From a virus, in the IMG/VR virus record IMGVR_UViG_3300027021_000002, positions 67,572 to 125,197 of that record: a stretch of DNA of 57,626 nucleotides; one strand, written 5' to 3'. Position numbers and translations under genes: made by a program. The notes beneath the pieces are model-generated. The model was not told the origin of the DNA. It ran no database searches and saw only the letters and a program-made list of their open reading frames with translations. Shown here in pieces: positions 37,208-46,331 of this stretch; position 1 is the first letter of the stretch; the number at the start of each line of letters is the position of its first letter.

Positions 37208-37471
37208 ATGAAAAGGATTGAACTATACGAGTGTGAGAAGTGCGGATTTAAGCACCAAGATGAGCAAGACTGTAAAGATTGCGAGGCTTCTCATTTCGGT
37301 GTCGGACAAATTGTAGATATCGACTACTATCCTGGCTCTATATATCCATCCCGCATCCTTGTAAAAGCTCCCGATGGGGAACATAGAGTATACAGTGTGG
37401 AAGAATTGGGCGAAGATTCGCCAGAGGTAACTTGGACAATTCGTATGAATAGAAAGAGAGGATTAGTATGA
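37208..37471 (+). CDS. zinc-finger protein
   Basis: CEKC..CEASH; paralog-like to 5454..5681. Confidence 0.65.
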   Translation: MKRIELYECEKCGFKHQDEQDCKDCEASHFGVGQIVDIDYYPGSIYPSRILVKAPDGEHRVYSVEELGEDSPEVTWTIRMNRKRGLV

Positions 37472-37610
37472 ATTTAATTATGAAGAAGCATGGCTGCTTA
37501 TATACAACCACAAACAACGTAAAGCGTATTTCCTTCTCGGACAAATTTGCTACCATCATGAATGATTCGATACACACTATTCCTACCCATAAAATTGTAG
37601 GGGTGTTCTC

Positions 37611-38072
37611 ATGAGGGTGATTGCATTTGATCAAGCCAAGGTAACTGGATACGCAGTATATGAGGGTGAAGATTTAGTTAAGTATGGCATTTTAGATTGT
37701 AGTCAGCATAAAGACATCGCCAAGCGTAATCACGGAGTTGTAAATCTTATTCTTTCAACGATTAAAAGATATAACGGCGAAGTATTTGCGATAGAGGATA
37801 TCCAGTATCAGGGCATATTGAGATCCTACAAACCCTTAGCTAGATTGCTCGGAGCCATCGAGGTTATGATGACCGAACATAACTTTGCATATGTTATCGT
37901 TAAACCCGGAGAATGGCGCAAGGCATGTGGTATCAAGGGGCGCAAGCGGGAAGAACAAAAGGCGAACGCAATCACTTGGGTAAAAGAAAAGTTTAATAAA
38001 GATGTGTCTGAAGATGAAGCGGATGCAATTTGTATCGGGTGGTATTTGGTAAAGAGAATGGAGAAGAAATGA
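37611..38072 (+). CDS. ruvC: RuvC-like Holliday junction resolvase
   Basis: IAFDQA..TGYA, AIED, EWRK, DEADAICIG. Confidence 0.85.
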   Translation: MRVIAFDQAKVTGYAVYEGEDLVKYGILDCSQHKDIAKRNHGVVNLILSTIKRYNGEVFAIEDIQYQGILRSYKPLARLLGAIEVMMTEHNFAYVIVKPGEWRKACGIKGRKREEQKANAITWVKEKFNKDVSEDEADAICIGWYLVKRMEKK

Positions 38073-38266
38073 TTTATGAGAACTGTAGTGCAGAAATGGA
38101 AGAAAAGAAGGTAGACGTTCAATTAGACATCGGAGAATGCTACGCAGTATTCAGAGACATCAGCGCATACATCTGCCCTGAGTGTGGAGCACAAGACATT
38201 ACGGACGCAGAGATTAGACTTGATGAGGCAGAAATAGTGCCGAAGGAAGGTACAAATGATCGATGA
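38069..38266 (+). CDS. YgiT/MqsA-type zinc-finger protein
   Basis: DISAYICPECG. Confidence 0.55.
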   Translation: MIYENCSAEMEEKKVDVQLDIGECYAVFRDISAYICPECGAQDITDAEIRLDEAEIVPKEGTNDR

Positions 38267-38468
38267 TTCATTGTCGGTGAGTGAGGCAACTGAGGTATTA
38301 CAAAAAATGTTTTCTGAAGCCGGTATGCTTGATGAAAATGGAAATTTTAAAAAAGAATACGCAGAAATAATAGATAGGCTTAATTCTATTCCATTAATTC
38401 ATGCCATACCAATTTCAGATATGGAAGTCGCCTTAAAGTTAACGAATCCCGGAAAAGATGAAAACTAA
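38256..38468 (+). CDS. hypothetical protein
   Basis: ORF ends within a palindrome. Confidence 0.55.
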   Translation: MIDDSLSVSEATEVLQKMFSEAGMLDENGNFKKEYAEIIDRLNSIPLIHAIPISDMEVALKLTNPGKDEN

Positions 38469-38567
38469 ATTTTATCTTAGAATACCTTTCACACGTCCCG
38501 TCTCCCGTCAGAAACATTATTTAATACAATAGAATCTAAACTTAAAACAATTCATAAGGGGTAAACT

Positions 38568-38675
38568 ATGGGTAAAATAACTTTCACCGTAATTGAACTA
38601 AATAAGCCATCTAGAGAGGCGATAGAGAATCTTAATCAAACCGTCTCCCGAATAATTAAATCCAAAAAGCCCTGA
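38568..38675 (+). CDS. 35-aa peptide, candidate recombination directionality factor
   Basis: AAGGGG SD; MGKITFTVIELNKPSREAIENLNQ...; convergent with the integrase across the putative attP. Confidence 0.45.
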   Translation: MGKITFTVIELNKPSREAIENLNQTVSRIIKSKKP

Positions 38676-38694
38676 AACACGGGCTTTTCTTTTT
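38664..38694. terminator. bidirectional intrinsic terminator
   Basis: AAAAAGCCC-loop-GGGCTTTTCTTTTT between convergent genes. Confidence 0.8.
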
Positions 38695-38706
38695 ATCTTA
38701 AATACA

Positions 38707-38748
38707 GTAAATGACTTACATGCCACTGGTGGCATAGATGCTATTTAC
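38707..38748. other. putative attP site
   Basis: GTAAAT-N7-ATGCCAC-TG-GTGGCAT-N7-ATTTAC, 4 bp from the integrase stop. Confidence 0.65.
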
Positions 38749-38752
38749 ACCA

Positions 38753-40294
38753 TTATAAATACTCTACCTCTAATACCACATTGTCATCTTGACGATTATA
38801 AATAATACGCTTCACAATAGTTTTCAGTAATATATTTTGCTCTTGAGGAGTAGACGCCTTTTGCCACTTTATTTTAAATTCTTCAATCCGACTATTTAAC
38901 TCAGCCCTCGTATATGTGGTTACGCTTGCTATCTCGTTCTCGATTCTATCTATATTTTTTCTAAGGTTTTTAATTTTATCATCTAGCTTTTTCTTTTCTT
39001 CGCCAAATTCAGTTAGATTATATACACCCATCGAGTATGCATCTTTAATTCGGACTAGTGCCTCGCTATACTGTTTAAGCTGCCTTTCTAAATCAGCTAT
39101 CGAAGATTCCTTTTCGGCAATGTCATTTTGATTTAACTGAGATTTTTCTATAATCTCAGTATCAAAATGGCTTGTAATCACCATATTATACAAGTTATCA
39201 TAAAACTCTTCCGACAGCTTAACACCACGCTGCGGACATTTTTCTCCCGTAGGATACGTGAAGCTACATTTAGTAAAATTGAACTTCTTTCCCGTTTTAA
39301 CTTCCACACGACCATTACCCGCATAATGCATAGCATGTCCACACAGTTTACAATACATAAGACCGCTAGTAGGGAAAGATCCAGACCTAGCCCTACTTGG
39401 CGTTTTAGAGTGTTTCTTCATGATCGCCAATATTTTTCTGTGTTCATCTTCAGTTTTTAATATCTCCCAATCACCGCGCCCAATATACCATTCTTCCCTA
39501 TCCCTTTTGCGCACAGCCTTCTTAACATTATTTTTATCTGTTTTATATTCGTATTTACCATATATTGAATACCCCATATGAAACTCAGAACGAAGTAAAC
39601 GCCTTATAGTATTATGACGCCATAAGCCACCTGTTGGTCCAGGATAGCCTAATTTGTTCATTTTGATCATTAGCTTTTCAGTGCTATATTCACCAGTAAG
39701 ATATAGCCTCTTCATCAATAGGTAAATTTCCTTTTGTTCTGGATCTGTCAATACGTCAGCATCAATTTCTTCTTTGCCTCTTTCGTTAATGAATATTCTT
39801 TTTCTATATATGTATGGATAAGGTGGTTTCCCATTAGTCCATTTTCCATCCTTAGCCCCAAGCTTTTTGCCGCGTATAAAACGCTCCTTAATTATTCTAA
39901 GTTCTGTGTTGGCAAACACACCCTGAATACCTAACATAGTTAGGTCGTTTGTATCATTGACGTTGTAAACCCTCTCTGGCGTAGCTATATAGCAATTCGT
40001 GTATTGCATGGTTTCAATTATTGTACCAAAATCTTTGCTGCTTCCCCTAGACAGTCTATCATAAGCAGCAACGAGTACGGCGTCCCATTTACCGTCCGCT
40101 ATATCATCTAGTAACACGAGCATCTTAGGGCGCGTAGCAAGCCTTTCTCCAGAAAGAAGATCCTCTTCGTACTCTGTATAATTCCACCCTTGTTTCGTGG
40201 CATACTCAGTTAATAGGAGTCTGTGTTTGGATAGTACATCTTCGTCATCTCCACGACTCTTTCTTAAATAAATAGCTACGTCTTTTATGTTCAT
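38753..40294 (-). CDS. large serine recombinase (integrase)
   Basis: YLRKSR, DRLSR, recombinase domain, CKLCG Zn ribbon, coiled coil. Confidence 0.95.
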   Translation of the reverse strand: MNIKDVAIYLRKSRGDDEDVLSKHRLLLTEYATKQGWNYTEYEEDLLSGERLATRPKMLVLLDDIADGKWDAVLVAAYDRLSRGSSKDFGTIIETMQYTNCYIATPERVYNVNDTNDLTMLGIQGVFANTELRIIKERFIRGKKLGAKDGKWTNGKPPYPYIYRKRIFINERGKEEIDADVLTDPEQKEIYLLMKRLYLTGEYSTEKLMIKMNKLGYPGPTGGLWRHNTIRRLLRSEFHMGYSIYGKYEYKTDKNNVKKAVRKRDREEWYIGRGDWEILKTEDEHRKILAIMKKHSKTPSRARSGSFPTSGLMYCKLCGHAMHYAGNGRVEVKTGKKFNFTKCSFTYPTGEKCPQRGVKLSEEFYDNLYNMVITSHFDTEIIEKSQLNQNDIAEKESSIADLERQLKQYSEALVRIKDAYSMGVYNLTEFGEEKKKLDDKIKNLRKNIDRIENEIASVTTYTRAELNSRIEEFKIKWQKASTPQEQNILLKTIVKRIIYNRQDDNVVLEVEYL

Positions 40295-40311
40295 AACGTC
40301 ACCTCGAAATT

Positions 40312-40340
40312 ATTGTACGTTAAGAACGCAATTAAATCAA
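40312..40340 (-). promoter_or_regulatory. sigma-A promoter of the integrase
   Basis: TTGATT-17-TACAAT. Confidence 0.6.
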
Positions 40341-40344
40341 GACA

Positions 40345-40374
40345 TAAAAAAAAAGACGACCCGAAGGTCGCCTT
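40345..40374 (-). terminator. late-operon terminator
   Basis: CGACC-TTCG-GGTCG hairpin followed by a T run on the - strand. Confidence 0.85.
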
Positions 40375-40390
40375 AAATAAAACTTCCGTT

Positions 40391-41605
40391 TTAATAAACT
40401 AATTTTGCTTTAGCCTCGTCCATCTTCTTTTTCAGGGATTCAACTATAGCTTTGTACGCCTCTATATCCCTTTTTAGCTTGGCGTTTTCTGCCACTATGC
40501 CCTCAGCAGCATTATTATCTTCGGTGGGGGAGACATAGGGGACATTGAGAAATGCGCACACGCCACGACAGATATCTTCAGCCGTTTCTTTTTGAAAGAA
40601 CTCTTTTAGCATCAAGTCTGCTTCGGGGCGATAATCCATAAAACCACACTCAACAAGTACGGCTGGCATTGCAGTTTTTCTAGTAACGTAAAATCCGCCA
40701 GCTTTAATACCACGATTTTCCTGCTCGGTTCCTTTAACCAATTCCTTCTGGATGAGCGCAGCAAGTCTAGGCCCAGTAGAGGATGTGCGATAATACCAAG
40801 TCTCAACGCCACCCGCGTTGCCGCCCCACTGATCATCACCAGCATTATAATGTATAGAAACAAATACATCTGCTTTGGCATTATTCGCAACAGCAACACG
40901 ATTCGGTAGTGAGTGATCCGCATCTCCGGGAGCACACATGACGGGAGTAATGCCACATCGTATAGCGGCCTGTCTTAAAAATTCGGCGCATCTACTGTTA
41001 AAATCATTTTCAGGTATATAAGAACCATCTTCATACTTAGGAGTCCTTTTACCAGAGGTCTTAGCGCCATGTCCATCATCTATTGCAAGAACCATCTTGC
41101 ACCTTCTTTCATAATCGAAATCGTCATAATCATCCAGGTCGTATTGCTCAATTAACGCAATCAAACGTCCGGCATATTGAGGATCTGTGGCATACCCACA
41201 TTCGTGAACAGCCACACAAGCATCTACATAATTTGTTGATTCTCTAACTGGTATATATCTGTCTTTGAGTAAGAATTGTGTATGGTCTCGTATGCTGTCA
41301 GCCCAAGAATCATATTTACGAAACTTTGCATATACACGAACTTTATATTTACCATTTGATTGTGGTTCATAAGAAATATAATCCTTTGGTAAATCAGAGT
41401 AATACTCAGTAGTAGCTATTTGTACAAAATCGTATTGGTCGCCATCTCTCCATTTGATACCAAATAAATTGTTGCCTTCTGCGTATTTACCCCACCCAGA
41501 TTCTAAAATCGCCTGAGCGATTGTCAAACTTGCTGGAACACCGTAATCTTTGTGTCCTTCTCTTGCTGCGGGTGCAACAGCGTCTATAAACTCCTGTTGA
41601 TTCAT
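40391..41605 (-). CDS. endolysin: GH73 glucosaminidase + Amidase_3
   Basis: AQAILESGWG/NNLFGIK/GYATDP; DDGHG, SIHYNA, LVECGFM. Confidence 0.92.
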   Translation of the reverse strand: MNQQEFIDAVAPAAREGHKDYGVPASLTIAQAILESGWGKYAEGNNLFGIKWRDGDQYDFVQIATTEYYSDLPKDYISYEPQSNGKYKVRVYAKFRKYDSWADSIRDHTQFLLKDRYIPVRESTNYVDACVAVHECGYATDPQYAGRLIALIEQYDLDDYDDFDYERRCKMVLAIDDGHGAKTSGKRTPKYEDGSYIPENDFNSRCAEFLRQAAIRCGITPVMCAPGDADHSLPNRVAVANNAKADVFVSIHYNAGDDQWGGNAGGVETWYYRTSSTGPRLAALIQKELVKGTEQENRGIKAGGFYVTRKTAMPAVLVECGFMDYRPEADLMLKEFFQKETAEDICRGVCAFLNVPYVSPTEDNNAAEGIVAENAKLKRDIEAYKAIVESLKKKMDEAKAKLVY

Positions 41606-41620
41606 TACACACCCCTAATG

Positions 41621-41660
41621 AAAAAAATAGTGCCATATGGCAAAATAACCACTGGCACTT
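41621..41660 (-). terminator. hairpin plus T tract between holin and endolysin
   Basis: AGTGCCA...TGGCACT followed by ATTTTTTT on the - strand. Confidence 0.5.
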
Positions 41661-41678
41661 CATAATTAAACTCTTAGT

Positions 41679-41870
41679 TTAAAATCCCTGACTATCCGTT
41701 GGGTTATTCAAAATGCCAAACAGGGTCAGCATTTCTATCACGGCGGTACCAACAATTTTAACCTCTTCGGCAATATTGTTAGGCACGAACAATGCCAGCA
41801 CCACAAGTACCTGAGCAAGTATACTTACCCACACAACTTTACTTTGCAATCTGTTTTGATTCATTATCAT
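41679..41870 (-). CDS. holin
   Basis: QNRLQSKVVW...FGILNNPT; two TM segments. Confidence 0.85.
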   Translation of the reverse strand: MIMNQNRLQSKVVWVSILAQVLVVLALFVPNNIAEEVKIVGTAVIEMLTLFGILNNPTDSQGF

Positions 41871-42229
41871 TTGTCCTCCTCAAGACAATTAGTTAAATAA
41901 TTATTAATCTCTTTCTTCGATTTAGAAAGATTTCCATTAGCTTTTTGTGTCTCAAAATAATCAAGCATACCTAAGTTGCAACGGAACAAGATCGCTATCT
42001 CTTTTGCACGAGCCTTGTTACATTCACGAAGTTCTTGAAGTTCTAATTTTACTTCTTTTAATTCCCCACGAATCTCATCAAAGATCTCCATGACGGGTTT
42101 CAGTGTTTCAGCTTTTCGTTTTTCATTCTGTGCCACGATCCACCCCACAAAAGCTACGAGTCCGCTAACTACTCCAAAAAGAGACACAATGGCACCAGCT
42201 ATGATGCCAACAATTTCCCACACAGACAT
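41867..42229 (-). CDS. holin-like membrane protein
   Basis: N-terminal TM plus coiled coil; in the lysis module. Confidence 0.65.
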   Translation of the reverse strand: MSVWEIVGIIAGAIVSLFGVVSGLVAFVGWIVAQNEKRKAETLKPVMEIFDEIRGELKEVKLELQELRECNKARAKEIAILFRCNLGMLDYFETQKANGNLSKSKKEINNYLTNCLEEDK

Positions 42230-42332
42230 GTAACTTCTTCCTTTGTGATTAAGATTTTAGAAGTTTCAATAAGAAGTCGCCGCACAGAACGGCGATGAAA
42301 TGAGCAATTTAATTCTAACTTACCGATTCGCG

Positions 42333-42806
42333 TTATCTTTCTCCCCAAATATTAAACACTGTAACTTCTGTATCAACCACACCATATTGAACGTTATATA
42401 TCCTAATCTTTATATAGACCTGTCCTGTCACAGCACTTACATCGACAGAGTTCGTCTCGCTTCCCTCGTTTGTCAAGGTGCCCGTGTCTACAATAAAATT
42501 GTTATCGGTATTTGCTGTCGCGACACCAAATTTAAAATAGTCACCACTCCTATGAGCCGCAAAATAAGTGTCTAAATACAGTGTATTAATATTAGTTACG
42601 TCAACCTGAGACAAAGAGCAACAACTACCACTACCCTCGCCAGTATTATAAGCAATTATTGTCATAGAAGCTGGATCTTTAACAAGCGTTACCGTGCCAT
42701 TATTTATATACGTAATTGCATACCCTCCGGTTCGAGTAGTATACTCATTACCTTCTTTGTAATAATAAACTTCACTAGAAGTCATTGGTCTCGCTCGAAA
42801 AATCAT
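42333..42806 (-). CDS. tail-associated beta-sandwich protein
   Basis: VDVTNINTLY, VDVSAVTG.VYI; late operon. Confidence 0.6.
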   Translation of the reverse strand: MIFRARPMTSSEVYYYKEGNEYTTRTGGYAITYINNGTVTLVKDPASMTIIAYNTGEGSGSCCSLSQVDVTNINTLYLDTYFAAHRSGDYFKFGVATANTDNNFIVDTGTLTNEGSETNSVDVSAVTGQVYIKIRIYNVQYGVVDTEVTVFNIWGER

Positions 42807-43090
42807 AGCACCAACACCTTAATCGGAATATCTATAGCCGGGGCACCACCATGGGCTTTAAGCACAATTGACCCACTTGTTTGCGACTCACCAGCAATCA
42901 ACGCACCCGCAAACGCCTCTACTTGTGCAGTTGTAGCCCCATCGTCAATATCAAATATAACCGGGCACGTAGCAGAATATATAGCGGCATTGCTTACGGT
43001 ATATTCGTCGCTACTCCAACTTGCAGAGGATAGAGTAGCAGTAAAGGTTTGAACTCCGCCGCCACCTATATTTACAGAACCTCTAGCCAT
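42803..43090 (-). CDS. tail fibre/accessory protein
   Basis: TLSSASWS...APAIDIPI domain. Confidence 0.65.
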   Translation of the reverse strand: MARGSVNIGGGGVQTFTATLSSASWSSDEYTVSNAAIYSATCPVIFDIDDGATTAQVEAFAGALIAGESQTSGSIVLKAHGGAPAIDIPIKVLVL

Positions 43091-43094
43091 ATAT

Positions 43095-43613
43095 CTACAC
43101 CACCTTCGTAACTACGTAATCAAAAATAATGGCGGTGCTAGGAGCAGAATTTGCATAAAACGTAAAGCCACCATTGTAAGAATCGTTTGCAGGAGATAGT
43201 CCACACGCAGACGCATCTGAGATTGAGTCTTTGTCTATCTTTACATCTACGATGTCGTCTTCCGTGACGGTCGTGTCGGCAAAATCATACTCATAAGCGT
43301 AATCGCTTCCAGATGCTACCCATCCAGAAGTAGGAAGGGTGTTGGCAGTATCTATAGTCCAAACCTCACTGGCAAACAGCATATAGTCAGCCATAGCGTC
43401 CTTTAACAACAGATATAAACCCTGCTGTCCGTCGCCGTCATAATCGGTTCCAATTGTGGCATAAGTAATCCCGCTAGTAGCTGAAGTCCAACTTAAATTG
43501 CCGGTTGTCGAACGGGGAAAAGTCATGCCAAGTTCGTCATACTTAGCTCTCTCGTCAGACATATTTACGCCAGAACTTGCATTAGGAGCTAACGGCAATT
43601 CGCTTTTAGCCAT
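43095..43613 (-). CDS. tail fibre/accessory protein
   Basis: TLPTSGW...YANSAPS related domain. Confidence 0.65.
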   Translation of the reverse strand: MAKSELPLAPNASSGVNMSDERAKYDELGMTFPRSTTGNLSWTSATSGITYATIGTDYDGDGQQGLYLLLKDAMADYMLFASEVWTIDTANTLPTSGWVASGSDYAYEYDFADTTVTEDDIVDVKIDKDSISDASACGLSPANDSYNGGFTFYANSAPSTAIIFDYVVTKVV

Positions 43614-43625
43614 TTAGCATCACCT

Positions 43626-43946
43626 CTATTCAACTGGGTCGGGGTGTCGTTTTAGAGTTTCTTTAATTTGAAGTGCTTGTGCCTCAGTAATCTTTTTATT
43701 AAATACTTCGCTTGTATCATCTTGAGCAATTACAGTACCCAATTCTTTATCAAAATTCACTTCATTTGCAATTGGTAAAATCGAAACATTGATTTCATTC
43801 GTCAGCCATCCCTGAAAGCCGGATTGAACCGCACGAGCAATTTCTTTCTTGTCGAAGCCACACTTGTCCCAATCAATTTTCCCATCTTTGTCTCTATCTA
43901 AATTAAGACCTAAAGCCTCTGATGTGTAGTAATAGTGTTGAGCCAT
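43626..43946 (-). CDS. hypothetical late protein
   Basis: AAGGAGG SD before MAQHYY. Confidence 0.6.
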   Translation of the reverse strand: MAQHYYYTSEALGLNLDRDKDGKIDWDKCGFDKKEIARAVQSGFQGWLTNEINVSILPIANEVNFDKELGTVIAQDDTSEVFNKKITEAQALQIKETLKRHPDPVE

Positions 43947-43975
43947 TAACCAAACCTCCTTTATAATAATTTCAA

Positions 43976-44275
43976 TTATTTTTTTAGGGCGACATAGGCA
44001 TTGAGCACACTGCCAATGCACCCCACATAAACCTCGTCTCCGCCAGCAAGACTCTCGCCAGACTTGTTGGGGATCACGGTTGTATTACTAGAATCATCGC
44101 CAGCAAAATAGAGGGTTGTTGCTTTGGTTGTGCTGTTATAGGCGGTAACGGTAGCAGATCTATAAAAGACTACATTGAACTTTTTCATGTAGCTTCTAAA
44201 GTATTTATCATCGGTCATGCGGCGGACAGCATCGTAAATACGCCTGTCTAAATTGCGATTTGTTGAAACGCCCAT
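43976..44275 (-). CDS. OB-fold baseplate-like protein
   Basis: ATVT...IPNKSG..L..GDEVYV. Confidence 0.6.
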   Translation of the reverse strand: MGVSTNRNLDRRIYDAVRRMTDDKYFRSYMKKFNVVFYRSATVTAYNSTTKATTLYFAGDDSSNTTVIPNKSGESLAGGDEVYVGCIGSVLNAYVALKK

Positions 44276-44280
44276 TTTAT

Positions 44281-45429
44281 TTAGATCAACTCCTCGGTCT
44301 TTGAGGCATGGATGGTCATTTGACCGCCAATACCCAAAGGAATTGTTAATTCGTTAATTAAAAATCGGTCTCGATTAAGACCAAGAGACGCATCGGTAAG
44401 CGTAATTACATTATCTACATCGAGGTGATACATGGGGATAGCTGTAAGACTAATTTCACTGTATAAGGCGGTCTTGCGCTTTAACTCGTAGTTGGCACGT
44501 GCCTCAGCAAGGGCATCCGTGTTGATAACTGAATCCTCGATGACCAATGTACGTTGATATCCAAGATTTTGAATTGAAGTAGGACTTGCAAGATTAGTAT
44601 TCTGTGCTTCATATAAAGCTATATTGCCATCTACATTGTCACCAATAACACGCACCGCATTATACACATCACTAAATTTATACGTTACAGTAGAACCAAG
44701 ATAGTTAAATTCTTCTGTTGAAAAATCCCATAGACTACCTTTGAAGTCATCATTAGAATCTTGTTCAAAAACCATTTCGCCATTGACATTGTAATAAACA
44801 TTCGACGAAAGCATACCCTGGATGTCAATAATGATATTACCCATCATGTCTCCAACTTCTTTTCGAAGCGTATAAGGTGTAACCTCACTCGCGTATGCCT
44901 GATCTAATACGGGTATTCTAATATCTGTAGGTAAGTCAGAGGTGCTTGTACCATTGAGTAATTCGCGCAAAACCGTATAAATGTTACTGCCAACGGGCAC
45001 TATATATGTAGAATTAAGTTCGCCACCAACAGTTCCATCCAACATACCAAATTTATCAACCGCTTTAATGCGTAAGGTCTTTGAGCTAATATAACTTTCG
45101 GCGTCAGGATTATTGAGAACAAACACGCCTTGTGGCAACCAAAAATCTTCCCCGTTTATTTCTTCACCAAGCCAAAGCTTAATCTTACTACCTAGCCATA
45201 AACCTTCAATATTGGGGAGATAGTCACCGCTTGTATTATTTAGCGTCAAATCGAGTTGTCTACGCAATCCGTTTACATTCGATATTCGCAAAGATCCAGA
45301 TGCATTTATAAGATCAGTAGTAATTGATCTATATACAGATTCATCTTCACGATGAAGAAGTTCGACTTTTATTTTAGGCTTACGATACTGAGTTCGAAGT
45401 TTGGTATAGTAATCATTTATCGTTGGCAT
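44281..45429 (-). CDS. tail hub/Tal-like protein
   Basis: Position in the tail operon; YNAVRVIG, ARANYEL. Confidence 0.7.
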   Translation of the reverse strand: MPTINDYYTKLRTQYRKPKIKVELLHREDESVYRSITTDLINASGSLRISNVNGLRRQLDLTLNNTSGDYLPNIEGLWLGSKIKLWLGEEINGEDFWLPQGVFVLNNPDAESYISSKTLRIKAVDKFGMLDGTVGGELNSTYIVPVGSNIYTVLRELLNGTSTSDLPTDIRIPVLDQAYASEVTPYTLRKEVGDMMGNIIIDIQGMLSSNVYYNVNGEMVFEQDSNDDFKGSLWDFSTEEFNYLGSTVTYKFSDVYNAVRVIGDNVDGNIALYEAQNTNLASPTSIQNLGYQRTLVIEDSVINTDALAEARANYELKRKTALYSEISLTAIPMYHLDVDNVITLTDASLGLNRDRFLINELTIPLGIGGQMTIHASKTEELI

Positions 45430-45432
45430 AAC

Positions 45433-46320
45433 TTAACTCTCCAACAAATCGGCGGCTTCTATAAAATCAAACGAAACCGAATAGACCTGTTCAGATAAGT
45501 CATCATTGATAGGCGTTTTTTGATGATTAATTGTAATACCGCGATACACTTCGCCCTTACGAGTCTTGAAAATCTTTTCTTGCCCGTTGTTAATAAACGC
45601 TTTTAACGTATCAAGTAATTCAACAGTCTGAGACAGATCACCGTTGTCATCTTCGCCAACAACAGCAGAAATGGTACAACGCATAATATTTTTATCCACA
45701 AACGAATAAGCATTGCGCTCAGTAAATGTTTCATACTCAGTCATCGACGTATCGTTTGCCATAGTTCCACTAATAGCGTTTAAATCGAATTTATAAGCAG
45801 TCCCGTCACTAGGATCTATAAGAAAATATCCATAGTAATCAACTGTTACAGGATCGGATTCTAATGCTTCTCCAACCTCTTCGTTTGTATATGGATATAT
45901 ATCATAAATATAAGTTTTACCTAATTGGGCAGTTGTATCTATACAACCGGTCTCAGTTATGTCTGGTTCACATATAGTCTCAGCCAAACTACTACCTTGC
46001 TCCCGACGTGTTACAGTCCATCCAACTAACGGATTACCAGAATCTATAACAACATTACCTGCGTCTAAGGTATCTTCAAAATTGGCTAACAAAATAGTAG
46101 TACCGCCCCATGACGGAGCGTATAAATCAAGTGTATAGGCGTCTACAACCGATTGACTAACCTCAACATTTTGAATGTGTAGTTTGTCAAAATAAGCAGG
46201 TCCAGATAAAGTTACCGTGTCATACGTCTTGTCGTCTGGAACAAGAGGGGTGGGGCCAGCAAAAATATTAAAACCAAAAGGTACAACGCCTAAAAAAGTT
46301 CCACTATAAGATGTAGACAT
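45433..46320 (-). CDS. tail protein (FN3-like plus distal-tail-like)
   Basis: DTT..LGKTYIY; YSVSFDFIE C-terminus. Confidence 0.65.
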   Translation of the reverse strand: MSTSYSGTFLGVVPFGFNIFAGPTPLVPDDKTYDTVTLSGPAYFDKLHIQNVEVSQSVVDAYTLDLYAPSWGGTTILLANFEDTLDAGNVVIDSGNPLVGWTVTRREQGSSLAETICEPDITETGCIDTTAQLGKTYIYDIYPYTNEEVGEALESDPVTVDYYGYFLIDPSDGTAYKFDLNAISGTMANDTSMTEYETFTERNAYSFVDKNIMRCTISAVVGEDDNGDLSQTVELLDTLKAFINNGQEKIFKTRKGEVYRGITINHQKTPINDDLSEQVYSVSFDFIEAADLLES

Positions 46321-46331
46321 TCACTAACCCC

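Noticed and set aside
38753-40294. Serine integrase as the enzyme acting on the dispersed palindromes
   Set aside because: Serine integrases use 2-bp overlaps in 40-50-bp sites, and it has its own attP-like dyad
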